Of a stretch of DNA of 64,000 nucleotides, positions 62,722-64,000 are shown piece by piece. Position 1 is the first letter of the stretch. The number at the start of each line of letters is the position of its first letter. The notes beneath the pieces were generated by a model. The model saw nothing but the letters and a program-made list of their open reading frames with translations, had not been told where the DNA came from and ran no database searches. Made by a program: the position numbers and the translations under genes. The stretch comes from Escherichia phage MIZ6: the sequence record OR192075.1. One strand, 5' to 3'.

Positions 62722-63318
62722 TTATTTGGTAGTACCGTCAATAAAATGTTTACGGCACACAGAGACATATTTATCCTCTGCACCAACTTCTATTTGAGCA
62801 CCATCGCGAATAACATTACCCTCTTTATCTACACGAAGGACCATTGTTGCTTTCTTGCCACAATGACAAATACCCTTCATTTCGACCAGTTTATCAGCAA
62901 ATGCCATTAATGCCGCAGATCCTTCAAATAGATTGCCCTGAAAGTCGGTGCGAAGGCCATAGCACAGTACAGGGATATTTGCATCATCGACAAGCGCACA
63001 CAAGCCTAAAACATGCTCTTTAGTCATAAATTGGGCTTCATCTACAAATACAGCATCAGGACGCCATCGATCCGGTCTACGCTTACCTAACGATTCACGA
63101 TAAACCAAATCGAAAAGATCATCCGATTCAGTGAAGGTGATCGCTGGAGCACTTAGGCCAATTCGGGAAACAACTTCACTTTCTGAATCTCGATTATCAA
63201 TCGCTGGCTTAAGAATTAATACTCGCATATCACGTTCGGTATAGTTATAAGCACTTTGTAACAGAGAAGTTGATTTGCCAGCGTTCATAGATGCATAGTA
63301 GAAATATAGTTGCGCCAT
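62722..63318 (-). CDS. tk: Thymidine kinase
   Basis: Strong similarity to bacterial/T4 Tdk (MAQLYFYYASMNAGKST, VLCYGLRTDF, YVSVCRKH). Confidence 0.9.
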   Translation of the reverse strand: MAQLYFYYASMNAGKSTSLLQSAYNYTERDMRVLILKPAIDNRDSESEVVSRIGLSAPAITFTESDDLFDLVYRESLGKRRPDRWRPDAVFVDEAQFMTKEHVLGLCALVDDANIPVLCYGLRTDFQGNLFEGSAALMAFADKLVEMKGICHCGKKATMVLRVDKEGNVIRDGAQIEVGAEDKYVSVCRKHFIDGTTK

Positions 63319-63611
63319 TAATTAATCTCCAAAAATCCAGCAAGACCTAAACCGATATAAGTCCAGATACAAAGGAAAAAGAAGCAAACACCCATAGCAA
63401 AGATAAATCCGCGTAGTGTCTTTGGATAACCTACCCAATATTCCCGACCATCTTCTAACCGGATCAGCTTATTTCCTTGAGAGTCCATATCAATTACAAC
63501 ATGTTTATTTCTGGATTGTAACAGATATTGCTTGACAATCTCAATACCCGCCATAATAACAATAACGAAATTGAAAGTCCACATAACAAGGTTAATGGTA
63601 GTCTCAAGCAT
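63318..63611 (-). CDS. Hypothetical membrane protein (97 aa)
   Basis: Two hydrophobic helices. Confidence 0.4.
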   Translation of the reverse strand: MLETTINLVMWTFNFVIVIMAGIEIVKQYLLQSRNKHVVIDMDSQGNKLIRLEDGREYWVGYPKTLRGFIFAMGVCFFFLCIWTYIGLGLAGFLEIN

Positions 63612-63846
63612 TTTCTATAACCTCCACCCAATCAGGTGTTTCCTGAAAGACTCCTTCGCCTTCATGATGGTCGCAACCTTTATTGCTGCAATACATCCAC
63701 CAATCCCACATTCCCCACGGTAAACGCTGCATATCGTCGTTACAGCAAGTGAAGATGATAGGCCAACCACATCTAACACATCGGCAGTTTTCTTTCATGT
63801 GAGCGGTATTAGGCTTCTTCATAGATGACTCCAATATAATCGACAT
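63604..63846 (-). CDS. Hypothetical Cys/Trp-rich protein (80 aa)
   Basis: CRCVRCGW...CCNDD...CSNKGCDHHEG. Confidence 0.4.
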   Translation of the reverse strand: MSIILESSMKKPNTAHMKENCRCVRCGWPIIFTCCNDDMQRLPWGMWDWWMYCSNKGCDHHEGEGVFQETPDWVEVIENA

Positions 63847-64000
63847 TTACATTTAGGGCAATGCGGTTCTTTAATATAATACCCGTCTGTCTTTGGAACA
63901 CTAACAGGAGCGGTTTTTATATTGTATTCGGTGAAACAACGAAAACAAGTTACGTTTTCTACAGACTGACGTTTCACCCAATCACCGGAATATAGATCAT
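63829..64000 (-). CDS. Hypothetical Cys-rich protein, 3' portion (5' end beyond window)
   Basis: Open frame from window edge to TGA at ~63829 (..CFRCF..HCPKCKC..). Confidence 0.3.

Overview
This window is a T4-like (Straboviridae/Tevenvirinae-type) myophage segment. The left end carries late genes on the + strand: a 5'-truncated tail-fiber gene, a gp37-like distal long tail fiber whose receptor-binding tip is replaced by a C-terminal intramolecular-chaperone domain, a small ORF and holin t. Everything else (about 5.0-64 kb) is one long minus-strand early/middle region that follows T4 gene order: gp52, rIIB, rIIA, a gp39+60 fused topoisomerase subunit, dexA, dda, dCTPase gp56, primase gp61, helicase gp41, uvsX, DNA polymerase gp43, regA, gp62/44/45, gp46/47, gp55, nrdG/nrdD, endonuclease VII gp49, nrdC, dam and tk. 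Recognisable T4 homologues were called from remembered T4 protein sequences, not from a database search. Many six-frame-track starts are GTG/TTG; I moved them to internal ATGs with a Shine-Dalgarno where visible, and hand-derived coordinates may be off by 1-2 bp. Intergenic regions hold about 20 sigma70-like early promoters (TTGAC(A/G)-16/17-TATAAT-like on the minus strand), often right after intrinsic terminators. The most unusual content, in my reading: (1) a novel ~90-aa domain expanded into 8 tandem genes flanking nrdG/nrdD; (2) a second tandem family of five small proteins; (3) an orphan gp38-type adhesin gene in the early region on the opposite strand from the fiber genes; (4) conserved palindromes built into promoters, some with paired GATC sites while the phage encodes Dam; (5) several accessory inserts (HNH endonuclease, a secreted LprI-like protein, a helicase-like NTPase, an HTH miniprotein between rIIB and rIIA). 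MotA, AsiA, gene 42, bgt and agt homologues were not found at their T4 positions. No rRNA, tRNA or CRISPR array was detected.
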